Positions 19,748 to 31,300 of a stretch of DNA of 64,000 nt are shown piece after piece (position 1 is the first letter of the stretch; the number at the start of each line of letters is the position of its first letter). The stretch covers positions 6,115-70,114 of the forward strand of contig CCZZQB010000055.1 in the NCBI GenBank assembly GCA_973895155.1, written 5' to 3'. This stretch comes from Marsupella aquatica (lineage: Eukaryota; Plantae; Marchantiophyta). The notes beneath the pieces are model-generated. The model did not search any database, had not been told where the DNA came from, and worked only from the letters and a program-made list of their open reading frames with translations. Position numbers and translations under genes: made by a program.

Positions 19748-22700
19748 TTGTGCAGGTTACTAAATCCGAGAATGACTGGAAGGTTTTCAAGAGGTGATGA
19801 TGTGACCTTGACAATTGATGGATATGATGTCGGTTGTGGGACAGTTCAGAAAATTAACCCCCAGGATAGGGTGCACAACATATTGTTGGGGGATAATCGA
19901 ATTGGTGTGCTCGTGGAGAAGGTTTTCGAGCCAACTCGAAAACTACCATTTCCACTACCAAGGGTAGAAAATCTTTTTGATGCCATTGACTCATGTGTTA
20001 TTTGGGAGATCTCGTGCGCGTATCTCTCTATAACTCTAGATTCCCAAAAACGCATCAGTACTGGTAGTTGTTCAACTCGACCAGATAATAACTTGGATAA
20101 ATCTCCTACAATTGTTATGGAGGATGCATCAAACACTCTAAGGCAAGGGGACGAGGTTGAAATGCTCATTGATGGGTGTTGTGTAGCCCTTGGAGTTATT
20201 TTCAAGGTAAATCCAAAGGACCGATGTCACAACATATTACTTGGTGAGTCTCGGATCAGTGTGAAAATCACTGATGTTATTCATGGTAGTAAGGCTTTAC
20301 CTTACATACACAATGGGGCTGAAACAATTGAAGAGGCAAAAGACTCATGGGTTCTCTGGGACTTGGCCGATGTTCATAAAAAAGGTTGGAATGTTGATGA
20401 AGGTAGAAAGTCTTCCTCTAAGAAGCAAGGTGATGGCGACGTTTTAATTGAGGAGAGTTTTGTCTCACATTCTCCATCAACAAAATCGACCAAAACTCAT
20501 TCTGATTATTACCAACGGTCCAATTGGATGTCAGAGTTGGTCGAATTATACATTGGTTCAGGACGATCGAGTAAGGTTGCCACTGGGACTATCACTGTGC
20601 CTCAAGCAACGGCGGCTGTTGATGATGAAATCCTGGGAGAAGACTATGTAGGGGTTGCTGTGAAAGATGTCATGGAATCGCAATACTTTCCAAGCATTCA
20701 CAAGGGAGTAATTAGTTTGGTTCGATGGCGAATTGATCACACAAAACTAGTAGCAACTGGAAAATTTTTGTCAGACATTCTGGTAGAAGGTACAGAGAAT
20801 ATGGAGTCAATGGATAGGGATGATCTGAATCCGGATCATGTGGTTGGATCCGCATCCGGATGTCGTCAAAGGCCATATAACTTCAACAAGAGGAATCAAG
20901 TTGATCCTGTTGAGAAGAAAAGGAGGCTCTTGCAAACCAAGGCAGTTTCAAAAACAACAGAAGCCGCAATTGATGAGATCAAAAGAGTAAATTGCTGCAA
21001 GCATAAATGTTGTCTCATTATGCCAAGGGAAGATATAGAAGATGTTAGGATGGAATTTCACGGGATGTCTAGCGAGTCCAAAACATCACACATTTTCAAC
21101 CTCTTCCACTACAGAGAGGATGATGTTCGTGATAAGGGACACCATGTTCTCAAAGGTATGGTCATCTGTAAAGATGCATTTGCAACCATCCATGGTTTTA
21201 GTCACACCAAGTATTATGATTACAAGAGAAGATACATGGAGGGTTGCAAAATTGGGTTCCATGGGAACACAGGCTTGAAGAAAACAAGGTCAAATACCTT
21301 GCATGTGCGAGCTCTTCTAGAGGCATTTCTGACTCAAAATGCAGAGCCAATGCCTCATATGCCTTATGGAGGGGCTCATGGGACAAACAGCATTGAGTAT
21401 CGACTTCCAGCGTGTTACAAAAAGTTAGAGATTTTGGAAGATGTGAGAACAAAGATGAAGGAAGAAGGGCTTCCTCCTGTTACGGATAACACTCTCTACA
21501 AGATATGGAGCACATCATTTGCAAACTTCAGTTTTCACAAGGATGGCGCATTTGCCAAGTGTACGCTTTGTTGTGAATACAAAGACAGTTTGATGCGAGA
21601 GAGAAGGAAAAAAGAACGTGCTGAAATTGAAGAAAAAAGAGCTCAACATCTTCGTGAGCAAATGTCACGTAGATATGTTTACTACGCTCATCGAGTGATG
21701 GCCAAGCAACATCCAAGAGAATATCTTTGCATTATTCATGACAAGATGGATCAAGCAAAGACATGGATTCCAAAAATGGTTAGTACTCCTAAATCACTTT
21801 CGGGTCATGGAATGCCGCTACCTATCGCTCTCACGGGGATGTTGACCCACGGGAGAGATCCAGGAGTATATGCACACTTTAGTGTCACTGGCCTTTGGCC
21901 AGGAGATGCAGATTTCACAGTGACATCCTTGGCTAAGTGTCTTCGAGATCTTGAAGAGTACAATGGAGACAAGACAGGTGACATGCTTGATGGCTTGCAT
22001 TGGGAACCTCACAGACCTTTCTTTCAAGCCCTACTTGACTTTGATGCATTTTTGTCAGGATATTTGGAACCAAAGAATATTCAAGTAAATAGGTATATTG
22101 GTTCTGAAGATGGAGCTGCCGACAGTCAGACTGAGACCATCCCAACCCGACAGGATGAGGATGATGGAGGGGACGTGGGTGGTGAGAAGGGCAGTCCGTT
22201 GTTCATGCCCTTGCCAAGGCACCTAACATTGCAAATGGATAATTCAGCAAAGGACAACAAAAACCAAACGGTCATGGCATTTTGCTCGGAGCTTGTGAGT
22301 AGAGGAATATTTGAAACTGTTCAAATGTCCTTTCTAATGGTTGGTCATACGCACGAAGATGTTGATGCACTATTTTCCAAGGTATCATATCAAGTTCAGC
22401 ACAAGGAAGTTGCAACCCTTCTTGCACTAATGGCAGAGGTTTGGGAATGTGAGAGCATTCATCCAGTTCCAAGATTGATACAAGAAGTTGCATCTTACAA
22501 AGAATATCTTCAAAGTTTTAAGGTCAAAGATATTCAAGGTCACTCAAAACCGGTATCATTTCTTTTCTCTATGAGAGATAATGTACCAATATTTCAGTAT
22601 AAGTCCCATGTTAAGCAAGCTTGGGCTCCCGTTGGCGGAAGGTGCATTTGGGCAACTGATCCAATAACAAATTCTCTTCTTTTACCCAGTGGACAACCCT

Positions 22701-23563
22701 TAGCTAAATCCATAGGAGAGATACACAAAAAATCAGAAGAGATAATCCCATTCCTTAACAAGTACCTTGATTTTTTGAGAAGGAGTTGCATTGATGAGAC
22801 GTCAATAGCATACAAGGAAAGATTTCCTCTTGTTAAATATTGGGAAAGAATTGTGGAGCTGTTGTCAAATGGGCTTGCAATGGAAGGGGAGGGAAATAAT
22901 CAATTTCCATTGAAAAATGGATTTTGGCCTAAGACTAACCACAGCACTGGTTACAAGGTCAACCAATCGGCATGCGAACAGAGTGGTCCTCTAAGTGAAG
23001 ATGAGGAGAATGCAGAGATGACAGCTCTTCAAAATGAAGTCTTGGAAGAGATGGAAGATCAAGCAGCACCATTTGTTGGATCTCGAGCTGAGAGAGAACA
23101 AGGACAGTGGATTCCCCTCCAGGATATTTGTGAAGGAAACTTTGTGTTTCTTCGACCCGAGGATGATTGGGAGAAGAAAAATGGTGGAGGTCATTTCTGG
23201 TTGGTGAGAGCTTTGGGTCAGGTGGACCCTAAGCATGAAGTCCCAATTGCATCTTCAAGAGACCCTCCTTTGACTCAACAATATGCTCCAATGTTCCCCA
23301 TGGAATGGTGGAGGCCTAAACACTCTAAACTTGATGTGAGTGAGAGTGCTAGGTATCTCAATTGTTTCATGTCCACCAAGACATGGGAACGAGATCCAGG
23401 ATTTGGTGAGAACACTCAACATTGGCAGTATGCAAATTCTGCAATGTATGGTTTTAAATCTGGAATGAAGGAAGAAAACATGGTTGGCAGAGGTTTGAAG
23501 ATTCCTCGAAATGTTCTACAAACTGTCCAAAGTTATCTCCAAAGGATGGACAAGTACACTTAG
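19748..23563 (+). CDS. Sola-type DDE transposase with three N-terminal Tnp1/En-Spm-like repeats (first ATG at 19772)
   Basis: CCKHKC; FAKCTLC; catalytic-region motifs IIHDKMDQ, LQMDNSAKDNKN and FLMVGHTHEDVD; 1271 codons without a stop; lies inside the TIRs. Confidence 0.85.
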   Translation: MCRLLNPRMTGRFSRGDDVTLTIDGYDVGCGTVQKINPQDRVHNILLGDNRIGVLVEKVFEPTRKLPFPLPRVENLFDAIDSCVIWEISCAYLSITLDSQKRISTGSCSTRPDNNLDKSPTIVMEDASNTLRQGDEVEMLIDGCCVALGVIFKVNPKDRCHNILLGESRISVKITDVIHGSKALPYIHNGAETIEEAKDSWVLWDLADVHKKGWNVDEGRKSSSKKQGDGDVLIEESFVSHSPSTKSTKTHSDYYQRSNWMSELVELYIGSGRSSKVATGTITVPQATAAVDDEILGEDYVGVAVKDVMESQYFPSIHKGVISLVRWRIDHTKLVATGKFLSDILVEGTENMESMDRDDLNPDHVVGSASGCRQRPYNFNKRNQVDPVEKKRRLLQTKAVSKTTEAAIDEIKRVNCCKHKCCLIMPREDIEDVRMEFHGMSSESKTSHIFNLFHYREDDVRDKGHHVLKGMVICKDAFATIHGFSHTKYYDYKRRYMEGCKIGFHGNTGLKKTRSNTLHVRALLEAFLTQNAEPMPHMPYGGAHGTNSIEYRLPACYKKLEILEDVRTKMKEEGLPPVTDNTLYKIWSTSFANFSFHKDGAFAKCTLCCEYKDSLMRERRKKERAEIEEKRAQHLREQMSRRYVYYAHRVMAKQHPREYLCIIHDKMDQAKTWIPKMVSTPKSLSGHGMPLPIALTGMLTHGRDPGVYAHFSVTGLWPGDADFTVTSLAKCLRDLEEYNGDKTGDMLDGLHWEPHRPFFQALLDFDAFLSGYLEPKNIQVNRYIGSEDGAADSQTETIPTRQDEDDGGDVGGEKGSPLFMPLPRHLTLQMDNSAKDNKNQTVMAFCSELVSRGIFETVQMSFLMVGHTHEDVDALFSKVSYQVQHKEVATLLALMAEVWECESIHPVPRLIQEVASYKEYLQSFKVKDIQGHSKPVSFLFSMRDNVPIFQYKSHVKQAWAPVGGRCIWATDPITNSLLLPSGQPLAKSIGEIHKKSEEIIPFLNKYLDFLRRSCIDETSIAYKERFPLVKYWERIVELLSNGLAMEGEGNNQFPLKNGFWPKTNHSTGYKVNQSACEQSGPLSEDEENAEMTALQNEVLEEMEDQAAPFVGSRAEREQGQWIPLQDICEGNFVFLRPEDDWEKKNGGGHFWLVRALGQVDPKHEVPIASSRDPPLTQQYAPMFPMEWWRPKHSKLDVSESARYLNCFMSTKTWERDPGFGENTQHWQYANSAMYGFKSGMKEENMVGRGLKIPRNVLQTVQSYLQRMDKYT

Positions 23564-23784
23564 TTGTCACTAGCTAAGATATAATTAGATAGTTACTAGT
23601 TTTTATGTAAGAGTTATATATATTGTGAGACCATGCCATTGAGTGTTTAGTTACTTAGTAGACTATCTACTCATTTTCTAAACTTTTGATTATTATGAAT
23701 ATGAATGTTTATTTTTTCTGCATAATTAAAAATATTTTTTATTAATTTCTTTATTTTAAATGATTACAATAAAAGTTTTCAGGA

Positions 23785-24110
23785 AAATGTACACTTTTTA
23801 GGCCAAATGTACTCTTTATTGCACTCAAAGCTACACTTTCTAGACTAAATGCACTGAAATGTACACTTTTTAAGCCAAATGTATCTTTTTTTCACTCAAA
23901 TGTACACTTTCTAGGCCAAATGTACTAAAATGTACACTTTTTAAGCCAAATGTACATATTTGGATGCTCAAATGTACACTTTTCATTGCCCAAATATACA
24001 CTCTTTAGACCAATTGTACACTTTTTTATCCCCAAATGTACACTTTTCATTGGTCAAATGTACACTTTTCCAAGCCCAAAAGTACACTTTTCATTGCCCA
24101 AATGTACATA
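23785..24110 (+). repeat. Right subterminal repeats (AAATGTACACTTT)
   Basis: About 10 imperfect copies in the same orientation as the left-end copies. Confidence 0.85.
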
Positions 24111-24121
24111 AATCAAATAAT

Positions 24122-24147
24122 AATACACTTTTAATGAATAGGCTGAT
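24122..24147 (-). repeat. Right terminal inverted repeat
   Basis: AATACACTTTTAATGAATAGGCTGAT. Confidence 0.95.
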
Positions 24148-24151
24148 ATAT

Positions 24152-25607
24152 TCTTTCCTCTGGCCTCCCGCCGTGCCTTGTACCAGGCGAGGATAATGGC
24201 GATATGACTCCCCAAGTAAGTCTTCCCTCCAATAGCCATACCACCCTGAGCCCGCTTCAGCTCCCCCGAGAATCTTCGGTAGAAGAATTGGGCCTAGTTT
24301 CGTCGTTTGTACTGTTCCACCTGCACTATCGTGCAGAGGGAAATCTCGGATCGTGGCTCAATCATGTGTAGGGTAGTCCGTATGAAGTTAAGCCGCTCCA
24401 TACAGGTTAAGTTGGTGCACGCCCCCTGCTTGTATCCGTTGTCCGTCTTACCCTCGGGTTTGAAGTGCCGCGGCGTATACTCCTTATCCCGAATTCGGAT
24501 TTCCACCGGCACCGGCCCGGTTGGTAGGCCAAAAATTTGCGTTAACCGATGCTCCGTGAGTGATAAGGTCTGCCCCGAAACCTTGGTGGTTGACGCATCA
24601 GTGTCGAAATTGGAGATGAACTTACAAATCTCCTTCGGCCCGGCGGCGCACGGCCTCCATAGTAGGTGGGCGAACCGCTCCAACTGATGCTCCTTGAGAT
24701 AGTCCGCATGTTCGAGTTTCTTGATCGCGATCCAGACTACCTCGGGGACGCGGATTACCTGTAATAAGTTGGACTTCGGGTTATCCGGGGGCCGTCGGGT
24801 CTGGTTGGTCGGGGGGTTTGCCGGGGCAGGTGCAGGCGCGGCGTCGGTCCGTGTTGATTCGGGGGCCGTCGTAGTCCTTGACCGCTTACGAGGATGCTGT
24901 TCGAGTTGCGGACTAGCTCGCTCGAAACCCGAAGAACACTCCGCGTTGATTACTGGACGGACTTGGGACTGGTTTGGCGGTACTCCGGTGGTCATCGGTT
25001 GAGGCGCTGGGGTAGCCATATCCCAGTTGAAGGCGTTGGAGCTTTCCCCGAGGAACGTGAGATTACGCGCCGCTTCCCGTTGTCTGCTGATGTCTTCTTG
25101 GCACTTTTCGGCTGCGATCTGCTGGTCTAGGTACCCCGGGATCTTGTCGAACTCCGCTTGAGTAAGCCGCTGGTTGCCCTTCAGCTTAAAGAACTTAGCT
25201 GGAACCTCAAGAATCGCCTCTACTACCGATCTAAGCCCTTCCTCGCTGAGATATAGTTCGGTGATGTAGTCTCGCAGCTCGTTATAGCTAGAATCCCTGG
25301 TGATGGCTGTCCTTTCGCAATTAACCAGTGCTACCTTGGTTACCAGCTTCGCGTACCTTCGTTCGTAAGCGGCTTTCTCGGGGCAAGAGTACCAGTAAGT
25401 CTCGGAGAACTTAGCACCTACCTCGCCAAACAAGGTCCAAAATCCCAAGGCTGTGAGGGTCATACTAACCTCGTAGTCCAGTTCGTTGCGTCCACGTTCC
25501 CACCTGGCTGGTCCTTTTTCGCGGAGGCCTCGCTCGTCCTGACTAAATCTTGCCACATTCCGCTCTTCTCCCTCGATAATTTCCTCGTAAAGGTCGACTG
25601 GATTCAA
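24152..25607 (-). pseudogene. LTR-embedded ORF of family B1 (proximal part; in-frame TAG at 24294-24296)
   Basis: FAHLLW...KFISNFD...LTQIFGLP...NGYKQGAC...FIRTTLHMIEPRSEI is homologous to the A and B ORFs; continues as GGKTYLGSHIAIIL. Confidence 0.75.
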
Positions 25608-26016
25608 TCAAAAGGGCGAGCGGATGGCAGCGTCCGTGAATTCCAAAAAAAGGTGAACGTGAGCGAATGGCCCGCAGTGCCATCAGCTCCTCTCTTATGG
25701 GGGTGCCCGGACGAGCCCGAGCGTGAGAAGGTCAGGCCGTTTGGTCATTGATAACGAGCTGAAGTCGGCGTCTCGGTCCAAGCGTGATTCTTCTAACTGA
25801 TTTTTACTCCGCTGCCGCCACCGTACCTCGGTCGTGTGTAATAATCCCTTTCCTGAACTTGTAATTATTCGGTTATCTTAACCTACTCCTAATCTAATCA
25901 TAATGGCAACTTGACGGCTATACGTGCTATTCTACGCTATGGCTACGGTCCTAATGACCGTATAAGTCCTAATCTACGACCTGGGTTCGGTCAAGTGACA
26001 CGTTACCCGTGTCACA
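24152..26016 (-). repeat. 5' part of an ORF-bearing LTR (family B1) inserted into LTR B2
   Basis: Minus strand begins TGTGACAC at 26016, exactly where similarity of B2 to B3 stops. Confidence 0.7.
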
Positions 26017-28292
26017 CCAGCCCTTGAGGTAAGTCGGTTGAAGGAGCTGGTCCCACTGGAGGTGGGTGGTTCTCCTGCACAACCGCAGGGGGTGGAGGAA
26101 TCTTCCCGGCTACCGTGGCATCTGCTTTGGGTACGGATTCATCCGGCCCGGCTTCGATGGCATTGTCCCGATTGATCGCATCTAAGGTTGCAATAACGTC
26201 AATGGGTATGCCTGGCGGGGCGGCAGCGGTGGGTTGTGCACGACTTGCAGTTGCCAGACTTTGGGCCTTGGGCTGCGGTCGCCTTACCTGGACTGGGAAC
26301 ACCCATTTTGGTGGGGTCAGCTCGGGCTCGTTGAGACGCGGGAGGCTCCGGCGGTCAAAACAAGCGTACCACTCGAGGATGATTTCAATGTGGCTAGCGA
26401 AGTACGTCCTCCCACCAAGGTACAAAGTCTTCCTTCTCCGCTCCATCTCCTCGTGGAACTTCTTGACGAAGCAGGACGCCCACTTCCTGGGCCGATAGTT
26501 CTCCACCTGGATGACCTGGGCGGCCGATATTTCTCCTCTGGGTTCCATCATGTGGAGGGCATACCGCTAGAACTCTAGGCGTTTTGCTACCTCCAGGATG
26601 AGGCACGTCCTCATTAAGAACCCATTGTCCACTACCCCCTCGGCCGGGAAGCTAGATGACTGGTATTTAGTTCCCTTGCCCCCTGGAGCCCGCGACTCTA
26701 CCCGGTTTATCCCCTCGGGTAAGCCAAAAATCATCTTCAGACGTGCCTCATCGAGGCACATCACTCTCCCGTGCGCTCGAGTTTGTTGGCAGGCCTCGTC
26801 AAAGTTCTGAATGAACTCCGTCATATCCTGCCCGTAATACCTGCTTCCGTTCCAAGGGAGAGAGGCGAGGTGCTCAAACCCCTGGGTCTTTAGATAGCAT
26901 GCATGCTTGGGGTGGAGGATGTTCTTGTGAACATTGTCCCCCATGTGATGCATGGTCAGCTTGGCTACCGCAACTGTGGCCAAAGGCAACCCGGATACGG
27001 CTGCAGGCTCCTTCCTCTTCCTACCCCGAGACTGATTACCGGGGTGACTAGAAGAAGGGGACATCTCTCCTTCCTCTCGGTCAGGTGGTGGTAGCGCAAC
27101 TGCCGTGAGTATTGGTGCCGGGGCCGCTAGCGTTACCGTGTTATCCCCTTGGGCTTGCTGGAGTGGTGCTGGGTTGTTCGTACCCCGCGGCCGTCAATTC
27201 AGAGGAGGGTGAGCCTCCTCATCTTTGAAGCTGATATTTACCGCATTCACCATGGATCATACTCGGAGAGGTGGTGGAACCGGTGGCGGGGACCGGCTTG
27301 GCTGAGGCCGAGGAGGTGTAGGTGCGGGTACGGGCACGGGTTGGTCGGCACTGGTCGTTGATGGTAGAGTTGCCATGAAGTTTTGCAAGTGCCGGTGGAG
27401 GTTTTCCGACGCAAGTGAAGATGGTCCTGTCGACCGGGTAGTGTTGAACTCGCCATTGATGATAGCCCAGACCCAAGCGGGGATGTGGTCAAAGTGGTGC
27501 CGTTGCAAGTTGATCGTGCCCGGAATATTGAAGACCTCATCCGGAAGCCGAAGCAATGCCTCCCAGAAGCCGCTGTATTTGCCTCTGTCAAAGAAGTACC
27601 CTGATACCTCTTCAGGTCGGTAAAGCTCGCTGTGGGACGCGTACTCAAAGTTAAGGAGATAGTGGTGGCGTCCTGCTAGGCGGATGACTCTCGTATTCGC
27701 GTTCGATCTCATATCAGCGCAGGTTGGCATGTTTCAATGAGTCGGCCAAGTGCCCTCCGATAGACAAGAATTGAGTCCAGAATTGTATGGCCGAACTGGA
27801 AAGGATTGTGTGCGACATTCAGAGGAGATAGCAGGTGACTAAGAAAAAGCGAGAGAGCTGGGATCAAAGCTGGCGCGTGGACTGGAGAGCTGGTGCACTG
27901 CAAAGGATCGGCCCCTCTTTTATACCCTGAGAGCTCATCGATCGCCCGATGCCTCCTCGTCGCTTATAGGCCGAGCCTTTCACGCTCGTAGTGTACTGGC
28001 CCCTTTGCCAGTCCAGGTCAGCTCGTGTTAGTGGCCGCCTCCCAAAGTTTGTTATACGGACCCGAGGGAGGGGGAAAAAGGGCCCATTACATGCTCGCAA
28101 CCTGGGCGTGCGAATGGCGACCTGCCGCCAGCCCGAACATGAATTCCCCTTATTGACTAATGATTTCCTACTCATAATGGCTACCTAAATACTATCGTTA
28201 TGCTAATAATAATGGCCTAAGATACCCCTAATGCGCGTGCTAAGCGCGGTTAGACCGAATTACTCATTACCTGCTGTACCGGCGGCGTCACA
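26017..28292 (-). repeat. 3' LTR of element C (family B, copy B2), truncated by the B1 insertion; contains ORF remnants 26012-27730
   Basis: Starts TGTGACGCC after the PPT; closely similar to 44080-46366. Confidence 0.85.
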
Positions 28293-28305
28293 TAGCTCCC
28301 TGCTT
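28293..28305 (-). other. Polypurine tract of element C
   Basis: Minus strand AAGCAGGGAGCTA directly before TGTGAC; matches the element 1 PPT context. Confidence 0.7.
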
Positions 28306-28364
28306 AATTGTGAAGCGTCCTCGAAAACATCACTCTCGGCGTTGTCATCTTGATGGTGGTACTT

Positions 28365-31300
28365 TGTAGCAAGGTGATAAAGAGATAAATGACTATTTAC
28401 TCCTTAACAACTCGATTTCATTCCCGTTAGGAGTGGATAAGATCGAAAAGACTGAATTAACACAATTTGAGAAGTTTACACCAACATTCTTAGGTTGGAG
28501 AGATTTCTAATGATCTCCTTAACATAAGTGTTTAACCACAAACTCAAGTGGGTAATCCTTAGGATTCACAGTGCAATAATAAAGACTAGAATTAACAAAG
28601 ATTGAAACTAGAGAGAGAGTAGATAGGAGTTTTCAAAGTGCAAGGGAATTGAATTTCTGACCATCACCACTCCTTCAATAAGGATTATGGCCTAATTTAA
28701 GATTCAGAAATCAACATTTTCTATGCTTTTTGATTTCTCGTAGCAACTCTTCTCCATCTATTGAATTTAGAAGACAACAATGTAAATCAAACAGGGACAC
28801 TTTTCTGGTCTTGCTTAAGACGGTACTCGGATACTCGAATTGGTTTACTTCTCCTACAATCCTTAAGATTGCTTGTTTGAGTTTTGTGCAAATGTCAATT
28901 TCCTCTTTGGTGAATCTTCCAAATGTATTGATCACAAATCTCATTGATCTTCCAATATCATTATAGGCACACTCTAGTATTCATTGAACATTTCACAACA
29001 ACTCAAGGGTTGCTAAACTTCTTCCTTTTACTTAACCATGGTAAAAAGAAGGGAAGAAAAGGCATAGATTTCTCCAAAATCAAAATGGGGAAATCAAATG
29101 TATCTCTCTCCTCCCGGTTGACTTTGGGTCCTCCTCCTTTTGTACTAAAAGTGGAGATTATGAAAAGACATGCCTATTCAAAACCCAAGTCTAAAGAAAT
29201 ATGTAAATAAAAGTGAACTATCCTAGTCAAAAATGGAGTAGAGTCTCCAATGGATACATCAACAAAATACTGGAGTCTACTTACTCATATACTAATCTAT
29301 ATAGTTATTTCTAAGTCTAAACTAATGTGGCTCTAACTCTCTAAATATAACTCTATTCTGGTCCTAGCTTTTGAGAAGGAACCTCCTCAGGGTTAGCCAT
29401 GGCAAGGGGTTCTGGTCGAAGGAAAACTCCCTGCTGACCAGTGGTAAAAGGGATGGACGGGTCAATATCCATGTTCTCATGATGGGCACTTGGGTCATGA
29501 GAATAAGTGTAAGAATGGGAGTGGAAGTGTGTACTGGGAGTGGGGAAACCAGGAGGGTTGAGGGGTGATGAGGGGTCAGTGGAATAGACTCCTTCATGAG
29601 GACTAGGAGAGAAAGATCTGGTAGTAAAGGGAGGAATCTCAGTATCAGCTAATAGCTCCTCAGTAGTCAAGTCACTCATCTCCCTTAAGGCTTCACAGGT
29701 CTTTGAGAGGCCTGTAAGTGCATCATCCACCTTGGTACTCACATCTACCACTAAATGGTTAATCTTGGAGAAAAGGATGGGTGTGGTGTTCTTGGCCAAA
29801 TACTCATCATAAATTTGGGCCTTAAGAAGATCCAGAGAAGCTATCTTGGTCAAAGGCTCAATCAGATCCAAAGATTGAGTGATACTGAGTTGGAGAGTAT
29901 GCTCAAGCTCATTCTTCTTCTTACTCCTTTCCAACTGCTGTTTGAGTTCAGATACCTTCTTCTTGAGGAACTCATTCTCCTTCTCTAACTTCCTCTTATC
30001 TGTGGTATCACTCATGGTGGAGATCTTCTCAAGAATCTGCCCTGGTTTCACTCCTAACTTCTGAGAAATGTCAGTGAATGATGGCCTTCTCCATCACAGT
30101 GGTCTTCCTCTTCACCTTCTGGAATGTGTCTGAGATGATCTGGAAATCAGCTAGGGTGTCTAGGGAGGCATGGCCGGGTGCATCCGGAAATTCAGCCGGG
30201 TCGAAGAAGGCCGGGTCGGAAAAGTCCGGGTCGAGGTTCCGGGCAGCAGACCGGGTCTTTCGAGGATTTGTCTCTGCTGGCTCCTCATCCTCACTGTCAT
30301 CAGAGGTGGCCTGGGTGATATCTGGATCTGTCTCTCCATACTTTATGAAGTTGAACTTGGCCAATAGTAATTTCTTCTCCTCTCTGAACAAAACTCCTTC
30401 AAAGCTATATAGATGTACCAGGTACCAGGTAGCAGGAGAGGGGAGTAGGACTCTTGTTGGATAGGTTCTGTACCAACTTCCTTATCAAATCAAAGATAAG
30501 CTTAGCCCAGTTGACTTTTCTTTCTCCCTTGTAAGCAGCAACAATGGTAGAGCCAACTCCAACAGTAACTCTTCTTGGCTTCTCAGGGTACGGCAGGGGT
30601 AGCAAAAAGCTGAAGACTTGTCTCAGATCAGGATCCAAACACTTAGAAACATTGAACCCGTCCTTACTGTTGATGGCTCCTTTGAAGTAAGGGAGGATTA
30701 GATTGACAGCTCTCCCCACTGGACCTTCTCCTTCATCTTCCAATACAAAAGCTCCTACAATCATCATCTGAGTCCATCGCTCAGGTCGGCCTCTGAAGGT
30801 ATCCTTAAACTCAGCCGGATACTCCTTGGATCGGATCTCTCTGATCATATCTTCGCTCTGATAACTCCAGGGTAGCTCCATCAGAGACTCACAGCCCATC
30901 CTGAGCAAAGACTCCCTCAGTTTGACCTTCTCAGCTTCACTGTCCGGAATAGTTGGCCTCAGAATTTTCATGGCAATAGGGACCTCCTTTCTCTTCGATC
31001 GTCTCACAGGGGCTTTAACCGGAGTAGATGCAGGTGATGTTGAGGTTGAATGCCCCTTAGAGACGCGAGAAGTGGACATTCCGGCTGGATCCGCCCCTTG
31101 CTCCATAGGATTTTTGGAAGCAGAAAATTGATTTTTGGTAAATGTTCTGCCTCCTCTACGGCAAGCTCTACAATGATGCGACTTCAGAATGTTCAATCTC
31201 TTCGATTTCGACCACTGGTAGAAATGTCTGGGTCGACCTGGCCGCAGCGTTTCTGATCAACTGAAAATCGTTTCGGAAGAATTGCATCAAGATTTCGTCA

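Larger units (their letters stand above)
10690..24147 (+). mobile_element. Sola-like cut-and-paste DNA transposon, 13458 bp, carrying cargo genes
   Basis: 26-bp perfect TIRs; ATAT direct repeats at 10686-10689 and 24148-24151; excision restores host codons GGA AAG AAT ATG GCC; encodes a DDE transposase. Confidence 0.88.

Noticed and set aside
10690-24147. CACTA/En-Spm or Helitron classification
   Set aside because: Termini are not CACTA/G, the TSD is not 3 bp, and the catalytic motifs are Sola-like; there is no Rep/helicase and TIRs are present. The exact TIR/TSD split is ambiguous within ATATAT; ATAT was chosen because it restores the host frame and fits Sola.
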